Origin: a bacterium
Lineage (GTDB): Bacteria > Arandabacterota > Arandabacteria > Arandabacterales > JALGWA01
Assembly (NCBI GenBank): GCA_050125095.1
Contig: JASFEA010000059.1
Location: 1-18,881, forward strand
Direction of reading: 5' to 3'
DNA: 18,881 nt
Position 1 is the first letter of the stretch. Every line of letters begins with the position of its first letter. Under the pieces are notes generated by a model. It worked only from the letters and a program-made list of their open reading frames with translations, did not search any database and was not told where the DNA came from. Position numbers and translations under genes: made by a program. Positions 18,486 through 18,881 of the stretch are shown here, one piece after another.

Positions 18486-18689
18486 TTGGCCAGTATCATC
18501 GTGAGGGATAACGAGTCTTTCGAAAGTGCCCTCCGGCGATTTAAGAAGGTGTGCGAAAGGGAAGGTCTTCTCTCGGAATACAGAAGACACCAGCACTTCG
18601 AGAAACCGAGTGAGAGAAGGAAACGGAAGGTTCTTGCCGCGCGGCGCAAGCTTCTTAAGAAGCAATCGCAACGGGCACGATACAGATGA
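18486..18689 (+). CDS. rpsU: 30S ribosomal protein S21
   Basis: TTG at 18486 after RBS GGAGGTG gives MASIIVRDNESFESALRRFKK...FEKPSERRKRK. The ORF-track start at 18444 is too early. Confidence 0.96.
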   Translation: MASIIVRDNESFESALRRFKKVCEREGLLSEYRRHQHFEKPSERRKRKVLAARRKLLKKQSQRARYR

Positions 18690-18881
18690 GTCTTGAGGAG
18701 CAATTTCAAGAAGACCTGAAGTCCGCCATGAAGAGCGGGGACGAAACGGCGCTCAGCGTCCTTCGTCTTCTGCGCACGCGCCTTAAGGAGGCAAGCGTCG
18801 CCAAGAGGGACGACCTCTCGGACGACGAGATTTACAAGACCATCGCCACCGAAATCAAGAAGCGCAGAGAGGCCATAGAGC
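18686..18881 (+). CDS. yqeY: GatB/YqeY domain protein (3'-truncated)
   Basis: ATGA overlap with rpsU. Translates as MSLEEQFQEDLKSAMKSGDETALSVLRLL...LSDDEIYKTIATEIKKRREAIE, consistent with the conserved rpsU-yqeY synteny. Absent from the ORF track. Confidence 0.9.
   Translation, partial: MSLEEQFQEDLKSAMKSGDETALSVLRLLRTRLKEASVAKRDDLSDDEIYKTIATEIKKRREAIE

Overview
GC-rich bacterial chromosomal window. The gene content (DUF5683-like, GT-C/TPR, AlkP/TPR proteins) suggests an FCB-group or similar anaerobic lineage, which is inference only. Most of the window is housekeeping: glmM-glmS-cstA-ridA, a selenium locus, DUF5683-like-lepB, an orphan ABC-type substrate-binding protein, grpE-dnaK-dnaJ-rsmE, and rpsU-yqeY. 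The ORF track misses part of the selenium locus. selD is a selenoprotein with an in-frame UGA in a CSGU motif and a SECIS hairpin, and it is followed directly by tRNA-Sec. The best candidate for an undescribed system is a three-gene module at about 1361-2722. It comprises a sigma28-like promoter, an 84-aa very basic Trp/Tyr-rich alanine-free protein with a strong RBS and its own terminator, a stand-alone cyanophycin-synthetase N-domain-like metallopeptidase with an intact Cx19HxxEH motif, and a translationally coupled pseudo-receiver protein. No mobile elements or CRISPR arrays were seen.
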